A DNA stretch of 64,000 nt, taken from contig CM075995.1 in assembly GCA_038087875.1 (NCBI GenBank), positions 1,428,001-1,492,000 of the forward strand. Reading direction: 5' to 3'. Under the pieces are notes generated by a model that was not told where the DNA came from, did no database searches, and saw nothing but the letters and a program-made list of their open reading frames with translations. The DNA comes from Malacoraja senta. Lineage: Eukaryota. Shown here in pieces: positions 37,326 to 49,984 of this stretch. The position numbers and the translations under genes were made by a program. Position 1 is the stretch's first letter. Every line of letters starts with the position of its first letter.

Positions 37326-38802
37326 CAATACGCCATGACCAGTGCAGCATTTGTCACTTTGGTAGGGTTTAGACACACTAACAGTAAACTGAAGCTTTCT
37401 GCACTGCAGATGGAGCATCCTATACTGAGACTAAACCCTGCTGTGTCAGGGCTGGAGTGCAGAGGAAGGAATAGGAATACATCATTGTTAGCACAGCACA
37501 GTGAGATTCCTTGCTTGCATACACAATGTATACAAACAGCAGCCACCTACAGCGCTGACAAAATCCTTTTGATCTCCAACCCCCCCCCCCACAGTGGCCC
37601 CCATTGTCCTTTGTTGTCCCACCCTCCCCAATTGTCCATTGTTCTCCACCCACTTCCCTCACGGCGTCCCCCTCACGCCGGGTCCTCCATTGTTCTTCCA
37701 CCCACCCCCCCCCCCATTGTTGTGCTGCAGAAGAAACAAGCCAGAAGATCCTGGAGGAAGTCCATTAGGGTGGCGGGTATATGGAGCGAGCTGCCAGAGG
37801 AGGTCATTGTGGCAAGTACTATCATTCCAATTAAAAGATATTTGGTCAGGTACATGAATAGTAAGGGTTTTGAAGGATATGGGCCAACTGCGGGCCGGTG
37901 GGACTAATGGTCGGCATAGGGAAGTTGGGCCGAAGGGCCTGTTTCCGTGCTGGGTGACTGCATGACTCTATGAATCCATCCAGTCAAGCTGCATCCATTG
38001 AAAACAACGTCGGGCAACGTTTCTGGGCAACCACCCTTCCTCCGAGCCGACCCGAACTGTTGACCGATTTCTCTTTCCTCTGTTGAGCTCAGTTTAGTTA
38101 ATTGCCATACGTACCGAGCTACAGGGAAAAGCGTTTGCTGCGTGTTAACCTGTCCTGAGGCTGAAGTATTCTCCACCGATAAACTCCACAGGAGGCCGTG
38201 GAGGCCACGTCAACGGATATTTTTAAGGCAGAGATAGAGAGATTCTTGATTCGTACGGGTGTCAGGGGTCACGGAGAGAAGGCAGGAGAATGGGGTTGGG
38301 AGGGAGAGATAGATCAGCCATGATTGAATGGCGGAGTAGACTTGACGGGCCGAATGTCTAAATCTGCTCCTAACGCTTACGAACTGATGAAAATACTCAG
38401 ATTGGGGAAGTGCTGCTCACAAAAACTAAAATGCCAGAGAGTGAGGCGGGTTTGCCGTGATATTTGGCAGTGTAGCACCTGTTGTTTAAGATCTGCGAGT
38501 GCTGATTTACTTCCAGTTTGGCACTGAAGCAGCTTGTGCGCACTGAGTTTGCGAACGGTGCCAGGCATCCCATCGGGAAGGGTGCTAGCTCGCGCAGAAT
38601 TACCATATGGTAAATGCATGCAGATGGGGCAGGTCGTGACCCCAATTAAATGGCGCCAGTGAGCTAATGACGTTGCTGCCAAGGGGAAGCTCGTCGATGC
38701 CACTAACGACCTGTGCTCACACTCAAACCTTCACGGTGGAAGGAACGATCGCTACCAGGGGGGGTGTGCTCCCATTCAGAATATAGAAACAGCGATGTCA
38801 TG

Positions 38803-39595
38803 CTCACGCTGCCTCGGCAAGGCCAGCAGCATAATCAAGGACCAGTCGCACCCTGGCCACCCCCTCTTCTCCCCTCTCCCATCGGGCAAAAGGTGTAGAA
38901 GTGTGAAAACGCACATCTCCAGATTGAGGGGCAGTTTCCTCCCAGCTGTTATCAGGCAACTGAATCAGTGCTGAACCACTACCTACCTCATTGGAGACCA
39001 TCAGACTATCTTTGAACAGACTTTGCTGGCGTTACCTTGCACTAAGCATTATTCCCTTATCATGTGTCTAAACACCAAAGATCCTATAGCGGAGCAAGAT
39101 AGACCACTCCTGCTAAATGCAATGGGCTGACGTGTAGTACGCAACGGAACGGAGCGGAACGTGGGCATTTTTTTCATCCATTTCAGTAACCCGACCCGCA
39201 GTGTAATCAACGTTGCGGGGGAACAGTTTGTGTTAATAAATTATAATTCTGAAAATTAGGAGAAGTTTTTACCAAAGAACTTTTATTTTTACGAGGATGT
39301 TTCTGTGACCGGCTTCCGTCTCCGCGCTAGTTATCTTTGCTCCGCTGTGATGGGATCTTTGGTGCGGAGACGGAATCCGGTTACGGAAATGTGGCAGAAA
39401 ATTACCCATGAATCTGCGCATGACCGTACTACGTCTTTTTGGTCGAGTGGTCTATCTTGCTCGCTATTGGATCTTTGCTATACACTGTAAATGGCTCGAT
39501 TGTGATCAATGTATTGTCTTTCCACTGACTGGTTAGCATGCAACAAAACTTTTCACTGTACCTCGATACACGTGACAATAAACTAAACTGAACTG
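38803..39595 (+). mobile_element. Rex1-like LINE 3' fragment interrupted by a hAT-like MITE
   Basis: RCLGKASSIIKDQSHPGH..PSGKR; 3' gtgacaataaactaaac tail. Confidence 0.82.
39076..39477. mobile_element. hAT-like MITE
   Basis: About 33 bp TIRs caaagatcctatagcggagcaagatagaccactc / gagtggtctatcttgctcgctattggatctttg; 8 bp TSD ctaaacac / ctatacac. Confidence 0.85.
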
Positions 39596-40047
39596 GTCAG
39601 ACCCCATTGGGCATATTGGGAACAGTTTTGAGCCCCATATCTGAGGAAGATACATCATACCAGCCTCAACTACCTCCTCCGGAGCTCGTTCCATACACTC
39701 ACCACATGTTGAGTGAAAAAGTTACCCTTCACCTAACTATTAAATCTTTCCCCCCCCTCACCACCTCACTTTAAACCTATGCCCTCAGGTTCTCAATTCC
39801 CCTACTCTGGCAAGAAAACGTGTGTCTACACAAACTATTCCTCTCATGATTTTTTACACCTCTATAAGATCATCCCTCATCCTCCAGCGCTCCAAGGAAT
39901 AGAGTCCCAGCCTGCTTAACCTCTCCCTATAGTCAAGAGCTTCGACTCCTAGCAACATCCTCGTAAATCTTCTCTGAACCATTTCCAGCTTTTAGTCCAT
40001 CCATCTGAATGACTTTGTTTCAGCAAAGGTGTCGGAACGTTCAGAGA

Positions 40048-40535
40048 TGTTTAGTTTAGTCTAGTTTAGGGATACAGCACGGAAACAGGCCGTTCGGCCC
40101 ACCGAGTCGGCACCGACCAGCGATCCCCGCACATTAACACCTCCCCACACACACTAGGGACAATTTACACTTATACCAAGCCAATTAACCTACTAACCTG
40201 TACGTCTTTGGAGAGTGGGAGGAGACTGGAGCACCCGGAGAAAACCCAGGTGGAATTGTCTGCCTCGGAGAGTGGTGGAGGCAGGTTCTCTGGATGCTTT
40301 CAAGAGAGAGCTAGATAGGGCACTCTATCAGGGGATATGGGGAGAAGGCACGAATAGGGTACTGATTGGGGATGATCAGCCATGATCACATTGAAAGGCG
40401 GTGCTGGCTCGAATGGCCTACTCCGGCACCTATTGTCTATTGTCTATAACGTACAAACTCCGTACAGACAGCACCCGTAGTCAGGATCGAACCCAGTGTG
40501 CTGCAAGCCCTGTAAGGCAGCAACTGCGCCACCGT
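40048..40535 (-). mobile_element. V-SINE interrupted by a CR1 3' end (about 40250-40447, plus)
   Basis: SINE halves at 40048-40250 and 40448-40535. Confidence 0.82.
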
Positions 40536-41334
40536 GTAGTTTGGTAGTTAACGTGAACCCGCGCTGTAAGTAGGTACTTCAATGTACTTCAACGGAACCA
40601 TTTGTCAGACTCCAACTATTGGAGTAAACAATGCCTTTGTAGCCGTTGAAATTGTATTGAATCACCTGCTCTTATCTTTGTTCTTGAGGCTACAGAAAAA
40701 CCAGAAGCACTTTAACTTCGGAGATGCCACTGAGAGTGTCTCTAAGGAAATGTCTGCTTGTCATGATGAATAAAGACCATTTACATCCTCCAGCTTCGGT
40801 CTCCAGAGACTTATCCACAGTCACAACAGCCGGCACTGAGCGTGCAGACTTCCTACCCCTTGGTTATTCAATGCTTCTGATGGGAAACATACATTAAGTA
40901 TCAATAGTCAATAGCCCTTCATTTGTCACATATGCAAACGCACAGTTAAATTCTTTTTGCATATATTACAAAATCGGGCACCGACATTTTTGGAGCCATT
41001 ATTCAGAGTTCAAAGTTCGGTCGGTTCGCGCGCTCGATGTACTGGAGCAGTTCCAGCGAACCGACGCCCTCTCCTCTCCTCTTCTCGCCCGGCCATCTTT
41101 GTGTCCCGGGGGTGCCTCCTGCAGCCGAGCTTGAAGCCGCTGGAGGCATTACCCCGGTTCACTCTCCTACCGGCCCTTGCTCCTCGTGCCCGACGTCTCC
41201 AGCTACCTCCCGGTTACGCCGACCGACGAGCCTTTGGGCAGGTTCCTGATCCCGCTGACCGCGAGCCTCCTCGTCCCTCCAACCGCTGGGAATAGAATCA
41301 CCCAGTTGCCTTTCCAACTTGGGCCAGACATCAT

Positions 41335-41655
41335 TATAGACAATAGACAATAGTTGCAGGAGGAGGCCATTCGGCCCTTCGAGCCAGCACCGCCTTTCAA
41401 TGTGATCATGGCTGATCATCCCCAATCAGTACCCCGTTCCTGCCTTCTCCCCATATACCCTGACTCCGCTATCTTTAAGAGCCCTATCTAGCTCTCTCTT
41501 GAAAGCATCCAGAGAACCTGCCTCCACCGCCCTCTGACGCAGAGAATTCCACAGACTCACCACTCTCTGTGAGAAAAAGTGTTTCCTCGTCTCCGTTCTA
41601 AATGGCCTACCCCTTATTCTTAAACTGTGGGCCTTGGTTCTGGACTCCTCCAACA
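41335..41655 (-). mobile_element. CR1-clade LINE 3' fragment
   Basis: ORF 41426-41656 and (ctattgt)n tail. Confidence 0.88.
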
Positions 41656-41884
41656 AGTATGGGTGTCAAGGGTTATGGGGAGAAGGCAGGAGAATTGGGT
41701 TAGGAGGGAGAGATAGATCAGCCATGATTAAATGCTGGAGTAGACTTGATGGGCCAAATGGCCTAATTCTGCTCCTATCATTTGTGACCTCATGACCTTA
41801 TGATAGACACAAAAAGCTAGATTAACTCAGCGGGTCAGAGAGAAGCTCTGGAGAAAAGGAATAGGTGACGTTTCGGGTCGAGAG

Positions 41885-42310
41885 CCTTGACTCCATTTAC
41901 ACCTCACGCTGCCTCGGCAAGGCCAGCAGCATAATCAAGGACGAGTCGCACCCTGGCCACTCCCTCTTCTCCCCTCTCCCATCGGGCAAAAGGTATAGCA
42001 GTGTGAAAAAGCACACCTCCAGATTCAGGGACAGTTTCTTCCCAGCTGTTATCAGGAAACTGAACCATCCTACCTACAATTAGAGAGCGGTCCTGAACTA
42101 TGATCTGCTTCATTGGAGACCCTCGGACTATCTTTAATCAGCCTTTACTGGCTTTACCTTGCACTAAATGTTATTCCCCTTATCATGTATTTGTACACTG
42201 TGGATAGCTTGATTGTAATCATGTATTGTCTTTCCACTGACTGGTTAGCACACAACAAAAGCTTTTCACTGTACCTCAATACACGTGACAATGAACTAAA
42301 CTCAACTAAA
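41885..42310 (+). mobile_element. Rex1-like LINE 3' fragment
   Basis: DSIYTSRCLGKASSIIKDESHPGHSLFSPLPSGKRY..RFRDSFFPAVIR. Confidence 0.85.
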
Positions 42311-42614
42311 TAATGGTCACGTAGGAACGTTTAAGAAACATTTAGACAGGTACGTGGATAGGACAGGTTTAGAGTGATATGGACCAAATGCAGGCTGGTG
42401 GGACTAGTGCAGAAAGGACATGTTGGTCATTCTGGGCAGGTTGGGCCGAAGGGCCTCTTTCCATGCTGTGTGACTCTATGATGTTATGTTGGGGCAACGG
42501 CGATGAGTGTGAGGCAGCTGAGAGCAGGGGTGGCACGGGCGGAAGGTCAGAGGGTGACGCCTCCAGCAGGGGGTCAGAGGTTACGGGGAGAAGGCAGGAG
42601 AATGGGGTTGAGAG

Positions 42615-43118
42615 TAGGGTTGCCAACTGTCCCATATTAGCCGGGACATCCCCGTTTTTTGGGCTAAATTGGTTTGACCCATACGGGACCGCCCTTGTCG
42701 CGTATTTGACTGCTACTACTCGGGTCAAGGGGACTGTCGGGTCAGAGCGCCGCATGCAGCCCCGCCTCACCCGTCCCGACGTAGTGCAGCCCATGGAGTG
42801 CAGCAGCAGCAGCGCCTCGCCCGTGGCCCCGTCGGTCGGCAGCCCGGCCAGCTGTCCGACCTCCGGACCTTCGCTTACCGCCGACGCCACCACCACCCCT
42901 CCTTCTCATGGCCGATCATCGGTTCATGAGTTGGGTAAGGTGCCGGGCCAAATCTCCTCAGCTGGCCCACCGGGTGGGCTTTGTGTGAAGTCCAGCACCC
43001 GGGCCAACCCATCATTCACCCAGCCACGGCCGAGTCGGTCAACGAATTGCCGTCGGGAATTTGTCCCCTATTTTGACTTTTTATCCCGTATGTGGGAGTG
43101 AGGAAGTTGGCGACCCTG
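42615..43118. mobile_element. hAT MITE
   Basis: TIR tagggttgccaact / agttggcgaccctg; perfect 8 bp TSD gttgagag (42607-42614, 43119-43126). Confidence 0.92.
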
Positions 43119-43724
43119 GTTGAGAGGGAGAGATAGATCAGCCACGATTGAATGGCGGAGTAGACTTGATGGGCCGACCGGCATAACACTGCTCCTACGA
43201 GTTATGAATAAGTACAGACAAAGCTGGCGAGCTGGCTGAAGAAGTCTATTGCACCGTGCAGCCTTTATGCAACGTCGCTGGAACAATCCTTGCTGCTGCC
43301 TCATCAAATGGAAGACTGCAGGATAACTCCTTTGATTTTCGGCTGTTAAGTCTCAGACATTGTGCTGTTTCATCCCCTTTCACCGTGGCTCTGCTTGAGC
43401 GGCTGGGCTCATTAAAATGAACGATGGCTGGGGTGCAGAGCTGAACGTTGGGTTTTTTTTTTCACCGACGCAGTAACGAACCCAGGGAGAATAGAGCAGA
43501 GACTATTTGATGGAATTGCTGGGCTTAATACGGTTATCCCCAGCTAATGCGTTTCTCTTGAAGGCCTGAGTGCCGATCAATGTTATGCTCCGGCACAGGG
43601 GAATAGAAAGCAAAAGATAGACACAAAAAGCTGGAGTAACGCAGCGGGCCAGACAGCATCTCTGGAGAAAATTAATAGGTGACCTTTCAGATCGAGACTC
43701 TTCTTCAGACTGACCCTTCTTCGG

Positions 43725-44165
43725 GATATGATGAAAGAATAGATCGACCGGGCTTATGTTCGCTGGAATTTAGAACGATGAGGGGATCTTATAGAAACAT
43801 ATACAATTCTTAAAGGATTGGACACGCTAGATGCAGGAAAAATGTTCCCGATGTTGGGGGAGTCCAGAACCAGGGGGTCACAGTGTAAGAATAAGGGGTA
43901 GTGCCATTTTTGGACTGAGATGAGGGAAAACTTTTTCGCCCAGAGATTTGTGAATCTGTGGAATTCTCTGCCACAGGAGGCAGTGGAGGCCAATTCATTG
44001 GATGTTTTTCAAGAGAGAGTTACATTTAACTCTTAGGGCTAAAGGGATATGGGGAAAAAGCAGGAACAGGGTACCGTTTTTAAATGATCAGCCATGACCA
44101 TGTGGAAAATCGGTGCTGACTCAAAGGGCCGAATGGCCTGCTCCTGCACCTATTCTCTAAGTTTC
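43725..44165 (+). mobile_element. CR1-clade LINE 3' fragment
   Basis: Same 3' coding and UTR sequence as 8260-8710. Confidence 0.85.
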
Positions 44166-44169
44166 CATG

Positions 44170-45710
44170 AAAGGGAAGCAAGAGATATAGATGGTGATGG
44201 AGAGAGATATATAAAACAAATAAATTAAAGATATGCAAAAAATAAACGATGATGAAGGAAACAGGCCATTGTCAGCTGTGGGCTAGGTGAAAACGAGTTA
44301 CAGACAATGAAACTCAGCAGGATGACAGTGAAACTAGTCTAATGACCAGGGTGGGGGAGGGATGGAGAGAGGGGGGATGCAATTAACACAGGAACAGTGA
44401 ATTGACTTAGAATGACAACAGTTTGTTTTGAGATAGGGCCAGATTTCAGTGCTCCAGGACAAACAAGATCAATTTGCTGTCAGCTCAGCTGATATTGGTC
44501 ATAAGATTATAAGTGATAGGAGCAGAATTAGGCCATTGCATTTTTACATATCTTTCATTCATTTGATCTATATCTCTCTCTATCAGCGTCTATATTTCTC
44601 GTTTCCCTCTTCCCCGACTCTCAGTCGAAAGAAGGGTCTCGACCCGAAACGTCACCTATTCCTTTTCTCCAGAGATGCTGTCATACCCGCTGAGTTACTC
44701 CAGCTTTTTGTGTCTATCTTCAGTTTGAACCCGGCATCTGCCGTTCCTTCCCACACATGGATGTCTTTCTTGTCCACATGTTCCAGGGATGAGCGTTAGG
44801 GCTAGGAAGATGGCATCAGCTGTGGACCTGTTGTGGAGGTCGGCGAACTGCAGTCTGAAGAAGGGTCTCGACCCAGTGGTCGACGCACGTGATGGGGGGG
44901 GGGGAGGGGAAGACAATGGAGAACCCAGTGTGGGGGGGAGGGGCGGGGGGGTCACTCTAGTTTTAGAATCCTCAGCCCAGGAGATAAGCCTGTGTTTATT
45001 CGTTCGTTCCGGTTAAGGCATCCTGCCAACATTCGCTTGTCTTTTTCTATTGTTCACTTTGTAATTTAATTTCAATTTCAGGTTTTGTGTGCTGTGACTG
45101 TTGACAAACCAATGCCTTGCTGGGCATTGATTCCCAGGGATGAAACAAAATGCTGGAGTAACTCAGCGGGACAGGCAGCATCACTGGAGAGAAGGAATGG
45201 GTGACGTTTCGGGTCGGGACCCTTCTTCAGACTGAGAGTCAGGGGAAAGGGAAAACGAGAGATATAGACGGTGATAGAGAGAGAGAGATATAGAACAAAT
45301 GAATGCAAGATATGCAAAAGGGTAACGATAGACAATAGACAATAGACAATAGGTGCAGGAGTAGGCTATTCGGCCCTTCGAGCCAGTACCACCATTCATG
45401 GCTGATCATCCCCAATCAGTACCCCGTTCCTGCCTTCTCCCCATATCCCCTGCGCTATCTTTAAGAGCCCTATCTAGCTCTCTTGAAAGCATCCAGAGAA
45501 CCTGTCTCCACCGCCCTCTGAGGCACCACTCTCTGTGAGAGACTCACCACTCTCTGTGAGGAAAAGTGTTTCCTCGTCTCCGTTCTAAATGGCTTACTCC
45601 TTATTCTTAAACTGTGGCCCCTGGTTCTGGTCTCCCCCAACATGGGGGCCGGGTGAAAACGAGTTACAGACAATGAGACTCAACAAGCCGACTGTGAAGC
45701 TGGTACGACT
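44170..45710. mobile_element. Mosaic of Penelope-like pLTRs (both strands), Rex1 and CR1 fragments
   Basis: Hammerhead-like motifs at about 44625, 44855 (+) and 45202-45230 (-); CR1 3' end at 45328-45645. Confidence 0.7.
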
Positions 45711-46029
45711 TGACTCAGCAAGGCACGGCTGCCATTTATTCCCCTTTCCGGAGTACATTCAGCCGTGTGGCTCTGGACCACACAGACTGTATTTTCGTAT
45801 TGCCCCAGGAATGTGAACATCATTCGCACCCCTGCTGCAGGCTTATTTTCATATTGGTTTCACCACACAAACGGCCTTTGTGCTGGCATTTGCGGCCTTG
45901 TTGCCTTGGTGCTAAGCCTTGGCTCTGCCAAGCTGCTGCTGTTTTGCATCCAAATGCACGACGGAGAATTTGCGTAGTTGTGGCCAACGATTCAAGGGTC
46001 GCCATTTAGTTTCAACCCGCGGAGGATCG

Positions 46030-46350
46030 GGTTTAGTTTAGTTCACAGGTACAGCGTGGAAACAGGCCCTTCGGCTCCCCGAGTCTGCACCGACCAGCGA
46101 TCCCCGCACATTAACACTATCCCACCCACACACTGGGGACAATTTTACACATACTGTACACCAAGCCAATTAACCTACAAACCTGTACGTCTTTGGAGTG
46201 TGCAAGGAAAGCGTAGATCTCGGAGAAAACCCACGCGGGGAGAACGTACAAACGTCGTACAGACAGCACCTGTAGTCGGGATCGAACCTGGGTCTCCGCC
46301 GCTGCAAGCGCTCTAAGGCAGCAACTCTACCGCTGCGCCACCGTGGCCAC
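46030..46350 (-). mobile_element. V-SINE (HE1-like)
   Basis: SINE consensus, reverse strand. Confidence 0.88.
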
Positions 46351-46604
46351 CCAACGTTCCCATGGGCTGTTTAAATTAATGATGTTATTGGCAATTTTCC
46401 CCCTCACGGGATAGTTTCCCCAGCTGATATGTAAAGGTGCGGGTCTGTTATTGGCATGCCTGTTTGGTCTTGTAGATGGTGCACAAAATCATGAGAGGAT
46501 TCGAAGTTGGGAGGTCGTAACTTTATTCCTTGGAGCGCAGGAAGATGAGGGATCATCTTATAGTGTACGAAATCATGAGAATCCTTTTTTACTTTTAGGG
46601 GAAT

Positions 46605-47128
46605 TACTTTTTTGCCTAGCTTTCATTCATTTGTTCAATACCTCTCCATATCACCGTCTATATCTCTTGTTTCCCTTTCCCCTGACACTCAGTCTGAAGA
46701 AGGGTCGCAACCGAAAACGCCAAAGAGCGGCACGGTGGCGCAGCGGTACAGTTGCTGCCTTGCAGCGCCAGTAGACCCGAGCTTGATCCCGACTACAGGT
46801 GCTGTCTGTACGGAGTTTGCACGTTCTCGCGTGGGTTTTCTCCGAGATCTTCGGTTTCACCCCACACTCCAAAGGCGTACAAGTTTGTAGGTTCATTGGC
46901 TTGGTATAAGTATAAATTGTCCCTAGTGTATGTAGGATAGTGTTAATGCATGGGAATGCCCTGTTTCTGTGCTGTATCTCTCAACTAAACTAAACTAAAC
47001 TAAATTAAACTAAACTAAACGTCACCTATTCCTTTTCTCCAGAGATGCTGCCTGACCCGACGAGTTACTCCAGCATTTTGTGTCTATCCTCGGTCTAAAC
47101 CAGCATCTGCAGTTCCTTCCCACACATT
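46605..47128 (+). mobile_element. Penelope-like pLTR with a V-SINE (about 46723-47015) inserted in the hammerhead motif
   Basis: ctgaagaagggtcgcaaccgaaaacgcca [SINE] aaacgtcacctattcc; aaacgyca is duplicated. Confidence 0.8.
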
Positions 47129-47297
47129 TCCAGTTCCTTTGGCACAGTGCAGAGTCCTGCTGAGATCAGGCTCTCTGCCGGTGAGGGTGTAAAGGAAAGC
47201 AGTGCATACTTTCTAAATAGAGTTACAGGATTAATGAGGAACACTTATTAAGCACGGTTTAAGATGCCAAGCAAAGGAAAGCTTGAGAAACATACCA

Positions 47298-47606
47298 GGC
47301 GCCGAGGCACAGCACAAGAGTTGCTGCCTTACAGCGCCAGAGACCCCGGTTCAATCCCGACTACGGCTGCTTGTCTGCACAGAGTTTGTGCGTTCTCCCC
47401 GTGACCTGCGTGGATTTTCTCCGGGCGCTCCGGTTTCCTCCCACACTCCAAAGACGTACAGATTTGTGGGTTAATGGGCTTGGTAAAAATTGTAAATTGT
47501 CCCGCGTGTGTGTAAGATAGCGTGAGTGTGCAGTGATCGCTGGTCAGCGTGGACTCGGTGGGCCAAAGGGCCTGTTTCCGCGTTGTATCTCTAAACTAAA
47601 CTAAAT
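47298..47606 (+). mobile_element. V-SINE (HE1-like)
   Basis: SINE consensus. Confidence 0.87.
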
Positions 47607-48071
47607 AAGCATTAATCACCCATTATAAATAAGTTACCCACTATAACCCATGACAGCGTACAAGTGCTGCTTAGTCTACCGAAGGTACGTTACTCTTGTT
47701 GTGGAATCCCAGTTTACAGTTTAGTTTATTGTCACGTGTACCGAGGGACAGTGAAAAGCTTTTTTGTTGCAGACCATCCAGTCAGCGGAAAGACAATGTA
47801 CGATTACAATTGAGCCATTTACAGTGTATAATAATAATAATAATAATAGAAGATACATGATAAGGGAATAACGTTTAGTGCAAGGTAAAGCCAGCACATA
47901 CTTGAATGGATATTTGACAATAGACAATGGACAATAGATAATAGGTGCAGGAGGAGGCCATTCGGCCATTTGGCCCTACGAGCCAGCACCGCCATTCACT
48001 GTGATCATGGCTGATCAGCCACATTCAGTACCCCATTCCTGGAAGGTTCCTGGAAGGGATTTGAGGGATAT

Positions 48072-48356
48072 AGTTTAATTTAGAGATGCAGCACGGAAAC
48101 TGGTCCTTCAGCCCGCCGAGTCCGTGCCGACAAGCGATCGCCTTGCACTCGGACAATCCTACACACCATGGTCCAATTTGCCATCTTTACCGAAGCCAGT
48201 TAACCGACAAACCTGTATGTCTTTGGAGTGTGGGAGGAAACCAGAGCCCCCGGAGCAAACCCACGCTGTCATGGGTAGAACATATTAACTCCATACAGAT
48301 GACAACCATGGTCAGGATCAAACTCGGGTCTCTGGCACTGTAAAGCAGCAACTCTG
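48072..48356 (-). mobile_element. V-SINE (HE1-like), diverged
   Basis: SINE consensus, reverse strand. Confidence 0.8.
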
Positions 48357-48514
48357 TAACAGTTAAGGTTTAGAGGGACATGGTCCAAACGCGGCCAGGC
48401 AGGACTAGCGTAAATGGGGCATCTTGGTCAGCATGGGCTAGTTGGGCCGAAGGACCCATGTTGTATGACTCTGTCACTCGAGATGCTTCAATCCAGGCAA
48501 CATCCTTACTGAAT

Positions 48515-48606
48515 GTCTGAAGAGGGGTCTCAACCCAAAACGTCACCCATTCCTTCTCTCCAGAGATGCTGCCTGTCCCGCTGAGTTACTCCAGCATTGT
48601 GTGTCT
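48515..48606 (+). mobile_element. Solo hammerhead/pLTR unit (about 92 bp) with about 15 bp TSD
   Basis: aacatcct(t)actgaat at 48499-48514 and 48607-48621. Confidence 0.8.
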
Positions 48607-48849
48607 AACATCCTACTGAATCCTTTTCAGTGGAATCACATCCTTGCAGAATCGATGGGCCAGTTCCCTTGCTGTATGGCTCTATGACTGTTTGAGTTGG
48701 GATAAGTTTTCAAAATGCACTTTTATTATGAAGATCGAATGGATGGTATTGGATCACATTATTATATTCTTTTCGCATCAGTCAGGAGCAGTGACTTCTC
48801 TCAACATGCCCAGCCCATTGATTCCGTTGTTGTCCAAGGATGTGACCTT

Positions 48850-49560
48850 AGAGTCATAGAGTGATGCAGCGTGGAAACAGGCCCTTGGGCCCAACTTGCC
48901 CACACAGACCAACATGTCCCATCTATACTAGTCCCACTTGCCCGCATTTGGCCCATATCCCTCTAAACCCGTCCTATCCATGTACCTGTTTAATTGCTTC
49001 TTAAACTTTGCAATAGTCCCAGCCTCAACAACCTCCTCCAGCAGCTCGTTCCATACACCCACCACCCTTTGTGTGAAAAAGTTACCCCTCAGATTCCTAT
49101 AAAATCTTTCTCCCTTCACGTTAAATCTATGCCCTCTGGTTCTCGATTCCCCTAGTCTGGGCAAGAGACTCTGTGCATCTACCCGATCTATTTCCCTCAT
49201 GATCTTTAAGATCACCCCTCATCCTCCTGTGTCCCAGGCAATAGAGCCCCAGCCTGCTCAACCTCTCCCTATAGCTCAGGCCCTCAAGTCCAGGCAACAT
49301 CCTTGTACGTCTTTTCTGCACTCTTTCCAACTTGACAACAACTTTCCCATAACATGGTGCCCAGAACTGAACACAACACTCTAAATGCGATTCAGTAGGA
49401 TGTTAGACACAAAATGCTGGAGTGTCTTATACAACTGCAATATGACCTCCCAACTTCTATACTCAATACTCTGACTGATGAAGGGCAATGTGCCAAAAAA
49501 CCTATTTGACCACCACATCTACCTGTGATGCCACCTTCAAGGAACTATGTACCTGCACTC
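48850..49560 (-). mobile_element. CR1-clade LINE 3' fragment (second subfamily)
   Basis: ORFs 48928-49215 and 49127-49330. Confidence 0.88.
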
Positions 49561-49984
49561 AGTTCAGTTCAGTTCAGTTTAGTTTGTTGTGGCGTGATAC
49601 AGTGAAAAGGTTTTGTTGCGTGCTAACCAGTCAGTTGAAAGACAATACATGATTACAATCGAGCCACTTGCAGTGTACTGATACATGATAAAGGAATAAC
49701 ATTTAGTGCAAGGTAAAGCCTGTAAGGCCCGATCAAAGATAGTCCGAAGGTCTCTACTTCGACTTCTAGATCCCTCTGCTCTACAACACTTCCCAGAGCC
49801 CTGCCTTTCATTGTGTATCTGAATATTATGATCCATGATACTTTGGAAATATTGTTCAGCGTAAACTGTGCATCCACATCTTTAGACCGGCAGCTTTTAA
49901 ATCGACCTGACAGAGAAACCTTCCGACTGAAAGGCGAGACTGCACGAAGGCTGAGACAGGGTTAATGTCCGTTGATATTATATA

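Noticed and set aside
42369..43101. 175 and 240 aa GC-rich ORFs
   Set aside because: They cross a non-coding hAT MITE and CR1 UTR pieces; no protein motif, and the frames are not preserved in the sister copy at 20013.
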